DNA from: Camelus dromedarius
Lineage: Eukaryota
Length of the DNA stretch: 64,000 nucleotides
Direction of reading: 5' to 3'
NCBI RefSeq assembly: GCF_036321535.1
Contig: NC_087436.1
Coordinates: 80,230,001 to 80,294,000, forward strand
Below the pieces are notes generated by a model. It was not told the origin of the DNA and did not search any database. It saw only the letters and a program-made list of their open reading frames with translations. The translations under genes were made by a program, and so were the position numbers. Positions within the stretch are counted from its first letter, which is position 1; the number at the start of each line of letters is the position of its first letter. Positions 1 to 13,557 of the stretch are shown here, piece by piece.

Positions 1-2012
1 TGCTTATTTATTGTTTTATGCATAATTATAACCCATGTGCCTTGGAGAGTGACATACATTACTACAAACGATTATGCTGAAGATTTTATTTCAAAGCTAT
101 TTTAAAGTAACTGTATAATACCTTTACTTGATCTTCCATTTTATCCCATAAAAATCTTTACATTGAATTCACCCATTTGCTACTTAAACTCTTCACATGT
201 ATTTTTACAGCAGCTTGTCGGATGTTTACATAAATACTCAAAGCTAAATGAGATTCCCAATAGCTTGGAGATCAGTTCTCTGCCTCCAGGCAGGGAGATG
301 GGAGAAGGTTACATTAAAGGTCTGTCATTTTCTTAAAGACCTTCAAGAAAGTGCAAAGTTCCCTGTGGCTTAATTGGTGTGTGTGTGTATATGTGTGTGC
401 GTGCACACATGTGTACGTACATTCAAGAAATATTCCTTGAAAACCCCCCATGTGCCAGGCACTGTGCTGGGGATACAACAGTAAACAAGAAGCACCTGAG
501 CCTGTGCCCTTGCAGTCTGACTAGTCTGTGTTTTAATTTTCCAAGAGATAGTGCAGTTGTGGCTCTGTCCAAACTGTCACCCACTCTGGCATTTCAAGTC
601 TCTTTGAGGCACATTCTTCCCCTGGGTGAAATACCAGAACACTGTACTGTAAAGGAGAAGAAGGAGGAGGAGAGGGAAGAGGAAGGGGAAGAAGAGGAGA
701 CAGGGAGGGAAGGAGGCAGGAAAGCAGGCAAGCCTACTGGACACCATGATCCTTCTCGGTAGAGCATGGATCCCTGGCTGACACAGTCACCTTAAGTGTG
801 CCAAAAGCAAAGTCCCTTGAAATCATCCACTTCTGCCTTACTCTCTGTATCAAGGGGGTTGATGACAGTGTGCTGATTTCGTACTTGCCTTTGCAGTCCC
901 TTTCCTCTTTGTAATTACCTTTATCAGAATACCTAGGCTGGCACCAGGCTGGCTTCTTAGCCAAAGGCATAAAGCCCTAGTCTTCAACTGTACTTGCAGT
1001 TCTTACTGTTAGCCTGGTGCACTGACTTCTCTGCTTCTGCTGTGTTGGAAGGGATGTACTAGAGTACAGTCGGGCAGAGAAGAGGAACTCTCTGCCCATC
1101 GACTTCAATTGGCAAGTAACGCCCAAGCTTACTCTGGAAGGAGCAAGGTCTTACAGGAACTTTTCTCTTAATCAAGAATCAGCTCTACTGACTTTGGGGG
1201 ACCTTCCTTTATTTTTCTAGGGATGTGCTGCCTTCCTTCCTCCCTTCATCCCAGGTAACCAATAGCAGCTTCAGTGCCTATCACTTATTCCTTCTGTCTC
1301 CTGCCTTCTGGCCCCCTTGACTGTCTCGGGAAGAGAGTTGTGTCCCCCGTTCTCAAAAGAAAGATAAAGGGGGAATTCCAAACCCTCGGTCCTAACTCAA
1401 AACTCAGGGTCCCTTCTCTCCTTTGTACCTTTTTTTCTTTCCCTGAGCTTTCTCCCCCTAAAGAAAATCTTTCTCAGCATCCAATCAGCCAGAGTAAAGA
1501 TGAAAGTGTGTTTGTGGCCATGTTAGTGAGATAAATAGTACTTGATTGTGAAACCAGATCCAGGTTCTTTCCATGTCTGAGGTTCCTTCACTTGAAACGA
1601 TAGTATGACCCAGTTAGCCAGCCTATACAACCATATTATAGGATGCAATCATCCCTTCTCACATTTATTTATGTGCCACTTTATATTTATAAAGCCCTTT
1701 TGCTTTTGAGTTTCACAACTTTGTGAGGCAGTAATTATCATTAAGATAATTTTATAGGTGAGGAAACAGAACCTTACCAAAGTTAAGTGACTTTTCTGGG
1801 GTCAGGTTACCAGCAAGAAATGGAAACCACCACTAGGGCTCACAGATTTTGACCCTGATGCAGTTACGCAGTGCTTCTTTCACAACATGTGAGGTCATTC
1901 TGGTGGCATTTTCAAATGAGTTTTAAGTAATCATAAAAGGTGCCTTCCTCCAGAGGCTTTACCTTAAAAACACTAGTCTGTGTCCAAAGTACAGAGATAG
2001 ATCTGTTAGATA

Positions 2013-2524
2013 CTGTATTAGTTATCTATGCTACATAACAAATCACCCCCAGATGTATTGCCTTAAAACAATAAACATTGATTATCTCATGCATTTGCTG
2101 TAGTTCAGGAATCCTGGAAAGCTTAGATGAGTGATTCGGCTTCAGAGTGTCTCATAAGGTTGCAGTCAACTTGTTGGCCAAGTCTGCCAACAGTTTGAAT
2201 GGGGCTGGAGGATCTGTTTCCAGAGTTCATTTACATTTCTTGCAAATTAGGACTGATTGTTGGCAGAGGCTTCAGCTTCTCACCGAACAGACCTCCCCAC
2301 AGGGCTGCTTGAGTGTCCTCACAACATGGCAGCTGACTTCCCTTAGGGTGAGTGATTCAAGAGGAAGAGCACAGAGGAAGCCACAGTACCTTTTATGACC
2401 CAACCATGCACCATCACTTCTGCTGCATTTTATTCATCAGAGTCACTAAATACAACCACACTCAAGAAGAGGGGCATTGGGCTCCATCTTTTAAAAGAAT
2501 AAAAAATATTTGAAAACCACCACA
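2013..2524 (-). mobile_element. MaLR LTR (MLT1 family)
   Basis: tgtattagttatct...ttaaaacaataaacattgattatctca...aaaaccaccaca, a reverse-oriented MLT1 signature. Confidence 0.75.
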
Positions 2525-2699
2525 AGTAATTAGGCTTTAAGTTTCACATAAAAGAAAATATCCCTTGCTCCTACTTCTCTTTTCACTTTCACTTTTCATA
2601 ACCTTTCCTCAGTTAAATAGTGATCCTGCACAAGAGAGGAGGGCCTGAGCCCTCCTGGGACAGCCTGAGACTGGGCCTTTCATGATGATGATGGTGATG

Positions 2700-2935
2700 G
2701 CTGAGATGTCCATATTGTACTAGGCCAGGCACTGTTCTAAGAACTTCATATATATATATATATATATATTTCATCTAATTCTCCTAGCCACCCTATGAAA
2801 TAGGTGCAATTCTTATCTCCATTTTACAGATGATAAGACTGAGGTGCAGAGAGGTAGAATCATTTGACCGAGACAAACAACCAAAGAGTGATATAGACCA
2901 AATCATCTGGCTCCGTCGTCCTGCTCTCAGCTATT
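2700..2935. mobile_element. MIR SINE with internal (TA)n
   Basis: Core ccattttacagatgataagactgaggtgcagagagg. Confidence 0.75.
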
Positions 2936-4513
2936 GTGTGCTCTCCTCATTATGACAAAGGTGAAAGATTTCTAGACCCTCTCATTCACTTGGGGCTATT
3001 TGAATTTGGGAGAAAAGTAGACAAATCTTTACAGACCACATGAAAAGCACAGAGAGGGAAGAAGAAAAGTCCAGGACAGAAAACAAATGTTTACAGAATT
3101 CTTTTTAAGAGCTGAGCCATAGCATCAAGTACAAGGCTCCATGCTGCAGACGATGACTAGAGAATTACAACCATAAATGTATCTTCATCCAAACTCGCCC
3201 TTATTTTTCTAAGTATACTACGACAGAAGCCCTGGATGGGGCTTCTACTTCAGAATTCTCACCGGGCTCCGGGAGATATTAAATACCAGAGACATTATGC
3301 TCTGCTTTTTCAAGTGTGGTGTTCAATGGAAATGCATGGTCCAGGCCAGAAGACAAATGACACACATCTAGACATTTCATCTTGGAGGTGGACAATCTTT
3401 GGATCAAAGAAGAAGACTGGAGAGTTTGTGGAACAAGCCCAGGCCAATCTACGGAATGCTGAAGGCTTAACTTGGGGAAATATCCCAGCCCTTTTGTCAT
3501 CACACTCACACCATCTGTCTACTCCCCAGTTAAGCTGTGTGTTAATAGATGCGGGGTTTATAGTATTGTGTTTTCTCCAGATCCTAAAATGAGCTACATT
3601 AGGGAGAATGTATTTCTCCGTGAAGCTGAGTCTAAATGCTATAGAACAAAATACACACTTTCATGCCAGAAAAGGAAGGAACTGTAGTGTAGTGAGGAAC
3701 TGGGTTTTTTTAAAAAAGTCATCCTGAGGAAGGGAGATGTATCTGTGTGGGAAGAGGGAGCAAATTTAGTGCAGAGATATCTGCTTAGATTAGCCTAAAA
3801 TAGAGTTTATAGATGAAATCTACCACTTACCTTTGTTGGTATTACACAGTCCTATTGTCAATGATTAACAAAAGAGTCCCTGTCTCTTTCAAGCTACTCA
3901 GTGCTAGGAGTTCGCAAGTGGAATTTCACCTCTCCTCTGTGTCTGTGTGTGTGTGTGCACGTGCGCTTGCGCTAATGACCAGCTTAAAGGACAAGACAGT
4001 GCAGATCTACCCAGGCTGATGCTGGTCTAATAACATATTCATGAACATGACATTAGGCTCCAAAAGTTTTCAAAGGCACCCTCAGTCTCTGTTCCCTAGA
4101 ATTTCCAAGAACTGCTGGCCTCCTGTCCAGACTGCCTCCACACTGGGTGGTGAGGGATGCAAATCTTCTCAGAGAAGAATGAACAATGTTTGGTTCCATC
4201 CCTTCCCATCGTCTCCCAAGTAGGGAAAGGAAAAGTGAATTACAGTGCCCACAAGCTTGGGAAGTCGCTCAGTAAACCACAGCTTCTGGGAGAGAAGGTG
4301 TAAGAGATTTAAGATACAGAATCCTCTGAATGTTAACCAAAGAGAAAGCTAATCATTGAGGAGAACTGAACGTGGACTTTGGGGGCTGGGAAAATAACTG
4401 AGGAGGAGCTTCAAATTTTGAACGCTGCTGGGACACCTGAGAGACATGTACAGGACCCTTCCTTTCCACTGTATCCTTCACCCAGCCTCACTGACTTTCC
4501 CTTTACAGCAAAA

Positions 4514-4515
<2 letters not shown>

Positions 4516-4560
<45 letters not shown>
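4516..4560. repeat. (CA)n microsatellite, ~22 units
   Basis: Seen directly. Confidence 0.97.
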
Positions 4561-4561
<1 letters not shown>

Positions 4562-4679
4562 ATAAAACAAAAATGGAAAAGCAGGTTTATCTTCCTTTCG
4601 CCACCCACAAAAAACCCTTGTTTTTCTCATTTTGTTTTCCATGTTAACACTTTGTTTCCTGTAAGCCTTTTTAAAAGCA

Positions 4680-4997
4680 GAGGTTGAGTGGGGGTGGGGG
4701 AAATGGGTGATGGCAGTCAAAAGGTAGGAAACAGCCAGGGATGTAATGTATAGCCTGGCAACTATGGTTAACCATATTGTGTTGTACATTTAAATGTTGC
4801 TAAGAGAGTAAATCTTAAAAGTTTTCATCATAAGAAAAAAAAAATTCTAACTATATGAGGTGATGGATGTTAATTAGATTTATTGTGATCATTTTGCAAT
4901 GTATACATATATCAAATCACTATGTTGTAGACCTTAAACTTATACAATGTTATTTGTCAATTGTATCTCAATAAAACTGGGAAATAAAAAAAATAAA
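4680..4997 (+). mobile_element. 5'-truncated L1 3' end (L1MA-like)
   Basis: gttgctaagagagtaaatcttaaaagtt...gtcaattgtatctcAATAAA plus A-tail; aaagca on both flanks. Confidence 0.85.
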
Positions 4998-5997
4998 GCA
5001 CTGGTCTATCAGGCCACTTGCTGTTACTTTTTGTTTTGAAATCATGACCCCTTTAACTGTAATGACTAATTGACAGGCTTAATCAGATGCTTAGGGCTGG
5101 TTAATGCCATAAAATTTTTGAGCCAAGATGAAAAATAATTCTTACTCTCCCTTGCTTGAGCTGCAGAGCGTTTCCCTCAGCTTCCCCACCATGCTAACTC
5201 TTAGGAAAAACATTCCTGTTGCACACACATGGAACTAAACCAAACCAACCAGGATAAAGGACGCCTAAGTAAGTTCCCCACCCCCCACTTCCTCCTCACT
5301 CCCAGTTTTATGGGGCCAGTTGCAAGAGGTGGCCAGCTGGAATCTTGGGTGGAAGTAAATTAACTGGAAACCTCCAGTCACTGCTGCAGTCCCCTGGAAT
5401 AAAGGAACGCATGGCAATGCAGCGCGGCCCCAGAGCCCCCCCAGAGCCCACCTCTGGCTGCTGCCCACGCAGCTCAGAGCACTTCAGTGCACAGGCTGGC
5501 AAGCACGCAGACTGTCTGCCCTCTGCATATTTGCCTGTAGGATGGAGGCCAGGACACCAGCTTTCACACTTCTCAGATGCTCTAAATGTAAAGGGCTCAG
5601 AGAGAATGCTTCCTAAAGAAACAGGAAGAGGTGACTCTCCACATATCTAACTTGGAATAAATACTATAATCCTATTTGCTTCTTGAGAAAAAGCTTCAGT
5701 CTTAGTTCCAAGTTTCCTATGAGTGATGCTACAATATTACTACTACTACTGGTATAGTAGTTTTTATTATATTATAGGAATAGCATTTCTAATTACCTTG
5801 TGAATTTTTGTTTTCTTAGGAAGAAGGAATAAATAAGAAGTTGCTTGGCTTTTCAAGACAGAAGAGGGACAATGAAGGTAAAAATAAAGTAGATAAGAGA
5901 CTTTCATTTGTTGCAAATTGACAAATAATAAAGTGGAGCTTTAGGATAACAGATTTGCCCCTACCCCCAGGTTTTTTTCATAAAAAGAAAGATGATA

Positions 5998-6164
5998 GAG
6001 AGAGGGAAGGGAGGGAGAGAAGCAGGGAGGGAGAAGGAGGGAGGGAGGGAGGGAGGGAGGAAGAAAGGAAGGAAGGAAGGAAGGAAGGAAGGAAGGAAGG
6101 AAGGAAGGAAGGAAGGAAGGAAGGAAGGAAGGAAGGAGGAAGGAAGGGAAGGAGGGAGGAAAGA
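5998..6164. repeat. Polypurine (GGAA)n/(GGAG)n tract
   Basis: Pure purine run of ~165 nt with a long perfect GGAA array. Confidence 0.97.
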
Positions 6165-7196
6165 ATGTATTGTTTACAGCTAGGATTTAAATTACATCAC
6201 CCCTGCACAGCAAAGCCTCTTTTGAAATAGCTGCCTCTTTATAGGAGACACACTTTAGTCTTGCTAAGAACACAGAAATTCAGAAGTTTAAAGTTTATTG
6301 GGAGCTTCACAGACAAACTAGAGAAAATGAATAAAGCAGATTTGCATCCTTTCTTTCCACTAAACCATGCCATCAGGAATGTATTCTACAATAATTTCCT
6401 TCAGGCAATTTCATTCCTAGTTTTCCCTGCTTTTTTATTTTCAAGGGAGCAAAATAGACCATACTTTCTTTACCTAACACTAGCCTGAAGAATCTACTGA
6501 ATTCTATTGATTTTTCTTCCTTTGAACACAAGCTCATTAACCTGAAACACTAAGGGGATAACTATATTTCACTGAGCCTATAACTGAGTGTCTGAAAACA
6601 AAAAGATCCCAAGACAGTGATGCAGCTCTCTCCCTGGGGTTCCCACTTTTTTTTTTTTTTCTTTTTGCAAATTCAGCTGCAGAAACTGTGACATTGCTTC
6701 CTCAATCCTAGAGAGTTTCACATAAGTTAGAAGCAGCGTTCCTTAAATCTGTCTTTAGTATAATTTTTAGCAAAATCAGGATTCCCAACTTTCTACCAAC
6801 TTCTGCATTCTATAAGCTATGGGGGTGGGGGGAATATTAGCATCAAACAGCAGTGCTGCACTGACAGCAAGCTCCACTGCCTCCTCTCAGCTAAGGGAGC
6901 TAAGGCTGGATTGAGAAGCTATCTTGGATATATGGAAATTAGGTCTTCCCAAACCCCCCCAGGGACTTCTTGCAAAGGAAAAAGCGATCACAAAAAAATT
7001 AGACAACACAGACATCAGAGGCAGCCTGCTAGGCAAGTCTCTCCAAGAAGCCTGATGAGTGGGGCTGCATTTATCTTCCCAATCCAGGAGAATGAGAGAT
7101 AGATGTGACCCTACTCTTTAATAATAATAATAATAGTAATAGTAACAGCAGCTATTTTACCCAAGAAACCAATATAGTATGCTTGTGATCTTTACT

Positions 7197-7202
7197 TTTA
7201 TT
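7197..7202 (-). terminator. Candidate distal polyadenylation signal AATAAA
   Basis: TTTATT on plus at the end of an AT-rich, repeat-free block that looks like extended 3' UTR. Confidence 0.4.
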
Positions 7203-8025
7203 TGGGATCTCTGGTGAGATCAGATGATCTATATCCTTTCATTCAAGGCAACAGACGTCTTCAAACTGTTTTTTAATTTGATTTAACCTTTGAAACAGAA
7301 AGTGCATTACATTTAACTGGTCTTGCAAAGGGGATTTTCTTCTCTTTACAAACCGAATTCCTTATATAAATTAATAAAAGTTAAAGATGCTAATATATCA
7401 CCATTATTAGCTTAAAAAAGAAAACAATTTACATCGTCTATAGTATTCTTATGATACAAAACACTTCAAATTCAGTTACAGCAACTAAATGGGTTTTTAT
7501 GCTTCTGACCCAGAGCGGTTGTAACAATTCCCACCATCTACTTTAACACACATTTTTATCAGAAAGGAGTTAAATTAAATACAAGCTATTGTAGCCCCTC
7601 CCTCCCCAACACTTTCTTTAAATCACTAATAAATAGCAACAAACGACTGTGCAATTTCAGAGAGGAACGGAGAGGCGGGTCTGGGGCCTACCCCGGTTCC
7701 AAGTCTTCTACTTTAAGTCCTGGAGGCGGGACCTGGGCGCGGAGCCAGGGGTGGTCAGGGAAGAGCAAGAAGGGATGGAGGGGGAAATGAGATTGAACAA
7801 ATCCAAATCCGAGAGAGGAGCGAGAGGAGAGGGAGGATGAGAACATTCTTTTCTATGCTTCTCCAATTAAGTTCAAAATAAAAGGGGAACATGTGGTTTT
7901 AATAGCTCTTAAAAGGGGAAAGGTAGCAGGAAGAAGGAAGTCCATCTTTTTATACCAAATTCAAAAGAGCATTTTACATTTTAAATATTCACAATAAAGT
8001 AACTTCTAGTCAGTGTGACTCACGA

Positions 8026-8031
8026 TTTATT
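8026..8031 (-). terminator. Proximal polyadenylation signal AATAAA of NKX6-1
   Basis: TTTATT on plus, ~530 nt past the stop; preceded by TTTGTA and followed by U/GU-rich sequence on the minus strand. Confidence 0.7.
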
Positions 8032-8049
8032 TACAAAGAGCCTTCAACA

Positions 8050-9010
8050 GGTTACTTTAGTCGGCACAGCAGTTCGTGGGGGAGAAACGTCCCTCTTCCC
8101 ATCTGTGGCGGCTGCCAGCCGGTGTGGCTCCGAGGTCCCCCGAGCGGTGGGAGCGGTGGGTGTCGATGGGTCAGGATCACCTATCCGCGCCCCGCCCCGG
8201 CCGGCCGCGAGGCAAAGGCGGGGGCGGGGGCGGGGGTGGGGGGGAACGCGGGGCGTGGGGGTGGGGGTGGGGGAAGGGGCCAGGACACCCAGCGGGGCCA
8301 GGAAGGTGGCCCAGCTGCAGGCGTCAGTTGCGCGATTGGTGCCGTGCATTTCGTGGTCCTCTCTGCCTTCTTATCATCCTCCGAGACTCTCCCCCGCCCC
8401 CCTCAACTTCTAGGTTAAAAAAATAGACATGTACATCTCAGAAAATAGCAAAGGGCCCCCGCAGGCGGGGCCGTGTCCTCCGGGCCTCGAGGGGCGGGAA
8501 GACGACGCGGTCCCCGCGGTGCCCGCGCAGTGGCCGGAGGCCGGCGGGCGGCGGGCGCTCAGGATGAGCTCTCGTTCTCGGACGCGTGCAGCAGGAGGCC
8601 GCCGCCGCCGCTGCTGGACTTGTGCTTCTTCAGCAGCTGCGTGATTTTCTCGTCGTCCGAGTTGGGGTCCAGGGGCTTGTTGTAGTCGTCGTCCTCCTCC
8701 TCGTTCTCCGAGGCCCCCTTAAGCCGCTCGGTCTCCGAGTCCTGCTTCTTCTTGGCCGTGGCCATTTCGGCCGCGTGCTTCTTCCTCCACTTCGTCCGGC
8801 GGTTCTGGAACCAGACCTGGGGGCCGAGAAATGGAAGAAGAGGGGAAACAGGGGCGGAAGGAATTTAAGGCGTGCAGTACCAAGCAATGCCTCCTCTCCC
8901 ACATCCCAAAGTCGCTCCTGCGGGCCCCTGACGGCTGGACACACTCCCTCAGGGCCCTCCCTAGTCTAAGCCGTCAAATCGGTCTCCATCGCCCCAGCTT
9001 CCTCCGAGTA
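8050..9010. promoter_or_regulatory. CpG island over exon 3 and 3' UTR
   Basis: Very high GC and CpG density by inspection. Confidence 0.85.
8559..8816 (-). CDS. NKX6-1: NKX6-1 coding exon 3 (258 nt incl. TGA), homeodomain helix 3 and acidic C-terminus
   Basis: Polypyrimidine tract and ccAG| at 8817; [85 protein letters not shown]. Confidence 0.98.
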   Translation of the reverse strand, partial: VWFQNRRTKWRKKHAAEMATAKKKQDSETERLKGASENEEEDDDYNKPLDPNSDDEKITQLLKKHKSSSGGGGLLLHASENESSS

Positions 9011-10762
9011 GCAGGCACCAACAAACTGCCGTTGCCATAGTGATAGTAACACAAGAGTATTGAGGTTGTCAGTGAGCGATTTCTCAGAAGAGAAAAAACT
9101 CGGAAACTTAAAATGAGTTTCCCTAAAAGAGTCCGCTTTCCCACTTTCTAGTTTGGAATAGAAAACTTCTTCCCTTCGTAATATTGCCCCACAATGACTG
9201 TGATTTTATTCATTTTTTACTTTCTTAGATATTCTTAAGATATTCAAAGAATCTGAAGTGTACTTGATTTTTAGTGTGATTTGTGGGAGAAGAAACAGCA
9301 TTTATCCCAATTACCTCTGTTCTTTTCACTTTTGGGTATTTGTCTGTTTCACTTACCTCAAGTCTGAATACACACAAACACACAAGACACTCCCTTCCCC
9401 ATTTACACTTGTTATATATGATGTAAAGTTTTTTTTAAAAAATCTGCTAAAACAGAAACCTCAAATCAGTAATAATAACCAACATCAATCCATGAAAATA
9501 TTTAATAGCTCAGTCAAAATCGTAGCAGTAGGTTGTCTCTCTCTGTCTCTCCAGTTTAATGTTTTTCATAAAACCAAAGTCAAGCAAGAATTTTCATCAG
9601 GTATTTTTTAAAAGTGAAATTTTGCCAATTATTTCCCACTATTAGTATACGCAGTCCTTCAATTATTTTAATATTGTTCCCCTTAAGACATTCATTTTTG
9701 TACAAATATTTAAGCCTATCGACAATGTTCATTTAACATCGTGTTTGATACACATATTTTAACCTAAAGCATCAGCAATAAGCAACCAATTTCCTAAACA
9801 TATTGAATCATCCCCTCTTTATGCTTCTCATCCATTTTTCTCATCTGTTATGTATTTACCTACAGAATCAGAATTGTTACGAAAGTGATTTTTAGTTTCT
9901 TTATACAGCTATAATAATTCACTTCTAGCCACACAGACATATTTATGGTGACAAATGAAGACCTCCAGATTACTGTGGTAGGGTCTGTACCAACCAATGC
10001 AAAAATAACTGTGATGGTACTCTAATGGTTACATACAAAATCACTCCTGAAATGCATTTTATCATGCTTGTCTAGGGGCAAATACTCTAACCAGCAGACG
10101 TAGCTAACGTTATCTCTACTTAATTGTAAAAGCAACAGTATAACTAATGCAAACAGACTTAGACAATATCCCCCCCCAAACCCCCAAATACAATAAAATG
10201 AAGAAGAGAAATGAAATTGAATACTGGAAATATAGGAAACCACTAGATTTAAGGTACCTAGCTGGCTCAATCCCTTTATTTTTCAGGGAAAGATTTCTCC
10301 AATTTGATTCCCTGGAAATATACTGTACAACTCAATTATAAGGTAAGTGACATTTTAATTATAAATTGTTGGCATAAACAATTTATGTAAAATATCTTAC
10401 ATCTATTGATACATTTGTTTCATAAGATGGTAATAATGTTGTCAATTTATTTGGAAAATTATTATTCCAAAGTGACTGTCTTCAGTTAAGCTATAAGCTG
10501 ATGCGTCCATGCTAAGTGGTTAGATTCTGTGGAATGACTGTTTTCTTAACCTGCAAGTTAATATAGTAGCACTGTAATGCTGATCTACAATAGGAAATTA
10601 CACAACTAGTGGAACCTAGATTGACAAACAAAAGCTTGAATATTCTTACAAATTAAATAGATAGAAGGTATCTAACTGGCCTGATCTATTACCCGGCTGA
10701 TAGTTCGGTAATGCTTTTATTCTCTAATAATGACGAGTTCCCCCAGCACATGCTGCTATCTA

Positions 10763-11227
<465 letters not shown>

Positions 11228-12887
11228 TCAACTGAAAAGAAATGAACTCAAGAAAACAATGTTTTGGGGGTGGGGGGGAAGAAAGCTTATTCCGTGGCGG
11301 GCACCAGAGATGTCGTGGCACTTCCAGTCTCACTGCATGTCTTCCTTTGCCTTTTTACGCCCACCTGTTTTTTAAAAGCCCAGTGTGTTTGCAGCAGCAG
11401 GAAATAACCTGCCCAACAACGACGTCCAACAGCGAGAGAGTACATTGCTAAACTTTGCCAGGGCGACTCGCTAGGCCCCAGTAAACTGAGAAGTGTTGAG
11501 GGAAATTAGTAGTGCCTAATTTAGTTGGTGCTTGCTGGGTTCCGGGGCCTTTGCTTAAGGATGACTAGTTTTGTTCCTTGAACGCTTTCCTAACCTGTGC
11601 CTGCGCAACAAAGGGTGCCTTGTTTTTGGAACACAAGAGAGCTAAATCGCCCCCAAGTCTAACGCCGCTGTGGTCGAGGGGGAAGGGGCGCCGCCTTTGT
11701 TGGCAGTCCCTACGTGGCCATCTAAACGAGTACAATAGCGTCTCCCCGATACCCTCATCTGTCCTGACCGCCCTCCGTCCCAAGGCTTCCCAAGTGAGCC
11801 TCTACTTGGCTCCCCCAACTTCCCTCAGTTACTGCCACGTAAAGAGATCCGGAGACTTCGAAGAAACTTCAGGGACTCAGTCAAAAGCAAAGAAAAGAGA
11901 GAAAAAAGGAGCCAGGGCTGAGCCCCAAATGCCACCGGGAGGATGAGAGCCTCTGCGGTGCGGTGGCCAATACCCTGGAAGACTATCGTGATCCTGGGTT
12001 AACTCAGTTGGTTTCAAGCAAGATCTCTGCGGGATGCTGCATCCTCCCAACCTTGTTCTGTCACCTCGTTCTTCCTACGGTTCTTTCTCGTGTTGGGATG
12101 TTGAGAGCAACGATGCCCCTCAATACGTCCAGGTCCAGGGCATCCCGCCCCACTCACCACCCACCACCCCCCACCCCCACCCCCGAGATGGAGGCAGGTG
12201 GGAAAGCGAGGGTCCAGCGCTGGAGAGCCGCCCGAGGTGACTCCGCGCTCACCCTCCTCCGCGGGCTGCGGACTTGTCTTCAGTGGGCTCACCCAGGCTG
12301 AGTGTACTCAAGGGGCGAGAGCGAGGAGGTGAGGTGGGGACACCCTGGGCGGAGACGTGCATGCAAATACATGCGCTCGGCCCGGGGCTGTGGAGGGCTC
12401 GCCGCTGCCCGTCCCCGCCGGTTCCCAGAGAGGAGGCCAGTTAGTCTGGCGTAGGTCAAGTGGGACTTCAGCACTCAGACAGGAGCCAGGAAAACAGGGA
12501 TGCGGGCGGGACGCAGTAGCCTCTCCTGCCCACCCTACCTCTTTAACCCAGGCCAGGCCTGCGGATCTGGCCAGGCTGTTCCGGGAGCAGTCCCTGCCTC
12601 GTATGAGACACATACCCCGCAACCATGTTGTGCTCCACGGAGACGCATGCACACCCGCTCCGCGAGGCGTGCCCAAGACCTGGGGAACGGGTGGCGCTTG
12701 CACGCAACCACGCGAGCTCAGGAAAGCGAGAATCCCTCGCTAACGTCCTGGCCCAACCTAAATCGTGCAATTCCGGAACTGCCAAACTACTCCGGAGGCA
12801 AGAGTGGACCGATCCGCACGCACACCAGGGGCCGTGACCTGAGAGCGGGCAGAACAAGCACAACTGGGTGCGAGCGATAGTACTCAC

Positions 12888-13557
12888 GAGGGGTGCAGGC
12901 CAGGCGTGCGTCCCTCCAGGGCGGGCTTTGCATCACTCCTGGCCAGAAGATAGGTGTCCGACCGGGCAGCTCGGCTAGTGGCTTGGGGTACCGACCCACT
13001 GCGGCCACAGCCGCGGCGCTGGGGCTGAAGTAGAGCCCGGGCGGCGGCGGCGGCGGGCTCAGGCTGCTGAAACGGGGCAGGCCAGCCAGCAGCCCCGCGG
13101 GGGATGAGGCGGCGGCCGCCGCGGCCGCGGCCGCGGCCGCCGCGGCCGAGGCGGAGGAAGCAGAGGTGGACGAGGAAGAAGAGGAGGAAGAACCGGAGGG
13201 CGAGGCGGAGGGCAGGGCGGCCCCGGAGGCCACGGGCATGGAGGGCCGGCTCAGGATGTCGTTGATGCCGTGTGGGGTGGCGGCCGAGAGCTGCTGTGGG
13301 GGGCTGCCTAAGGACGAGAGCCCCCCCGCCGCAGGGGGCTTCAGGCTGCCTGGGTTGTGGGCGCCCAAAGGCGGAGAAGGCGACGACGAGGAGGACGAGG
13401 AGGATGAGGAGGAAGGGGGGCCGGCGGGCAGTGGGGGGTACGCAGCGGGGTACAGCGGGGTCTTCATTTCTGCCATACTGTGCAGGGCAGCCAGGGGCGG
13501 GCTGCTGAGCAGGAACGCGCTCTGCCGGGTGCCCTCCATCGCCCCCACCGCTAACAT
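12888..13557 (-). CDS. NKX6-1: NK6 homeobox 1, coding exon 1 (670 nt)
   Basis: ATG at 13557 gives [36 protein letters not shown]..., poly-Ser and 13-Ala tracts, eh1/TN motif HGINDILS, ending [20 protein letters not shown]; donor c|GTGAGTA at 12887. Confidence 0.98.

Noticed and set aside
12467..12487. REST/RE1-like TTCAGCACTCAGACAGGAGCC in intron 1
   Set aside because: Spacer is one base short and the right half is mismatched.
12787..12887. ORF-track extension of exon 1, and likewise of exon 2 (10760-11002, 11176-11212)
   Set aside because: Read-through into introns past canonical splice sites.
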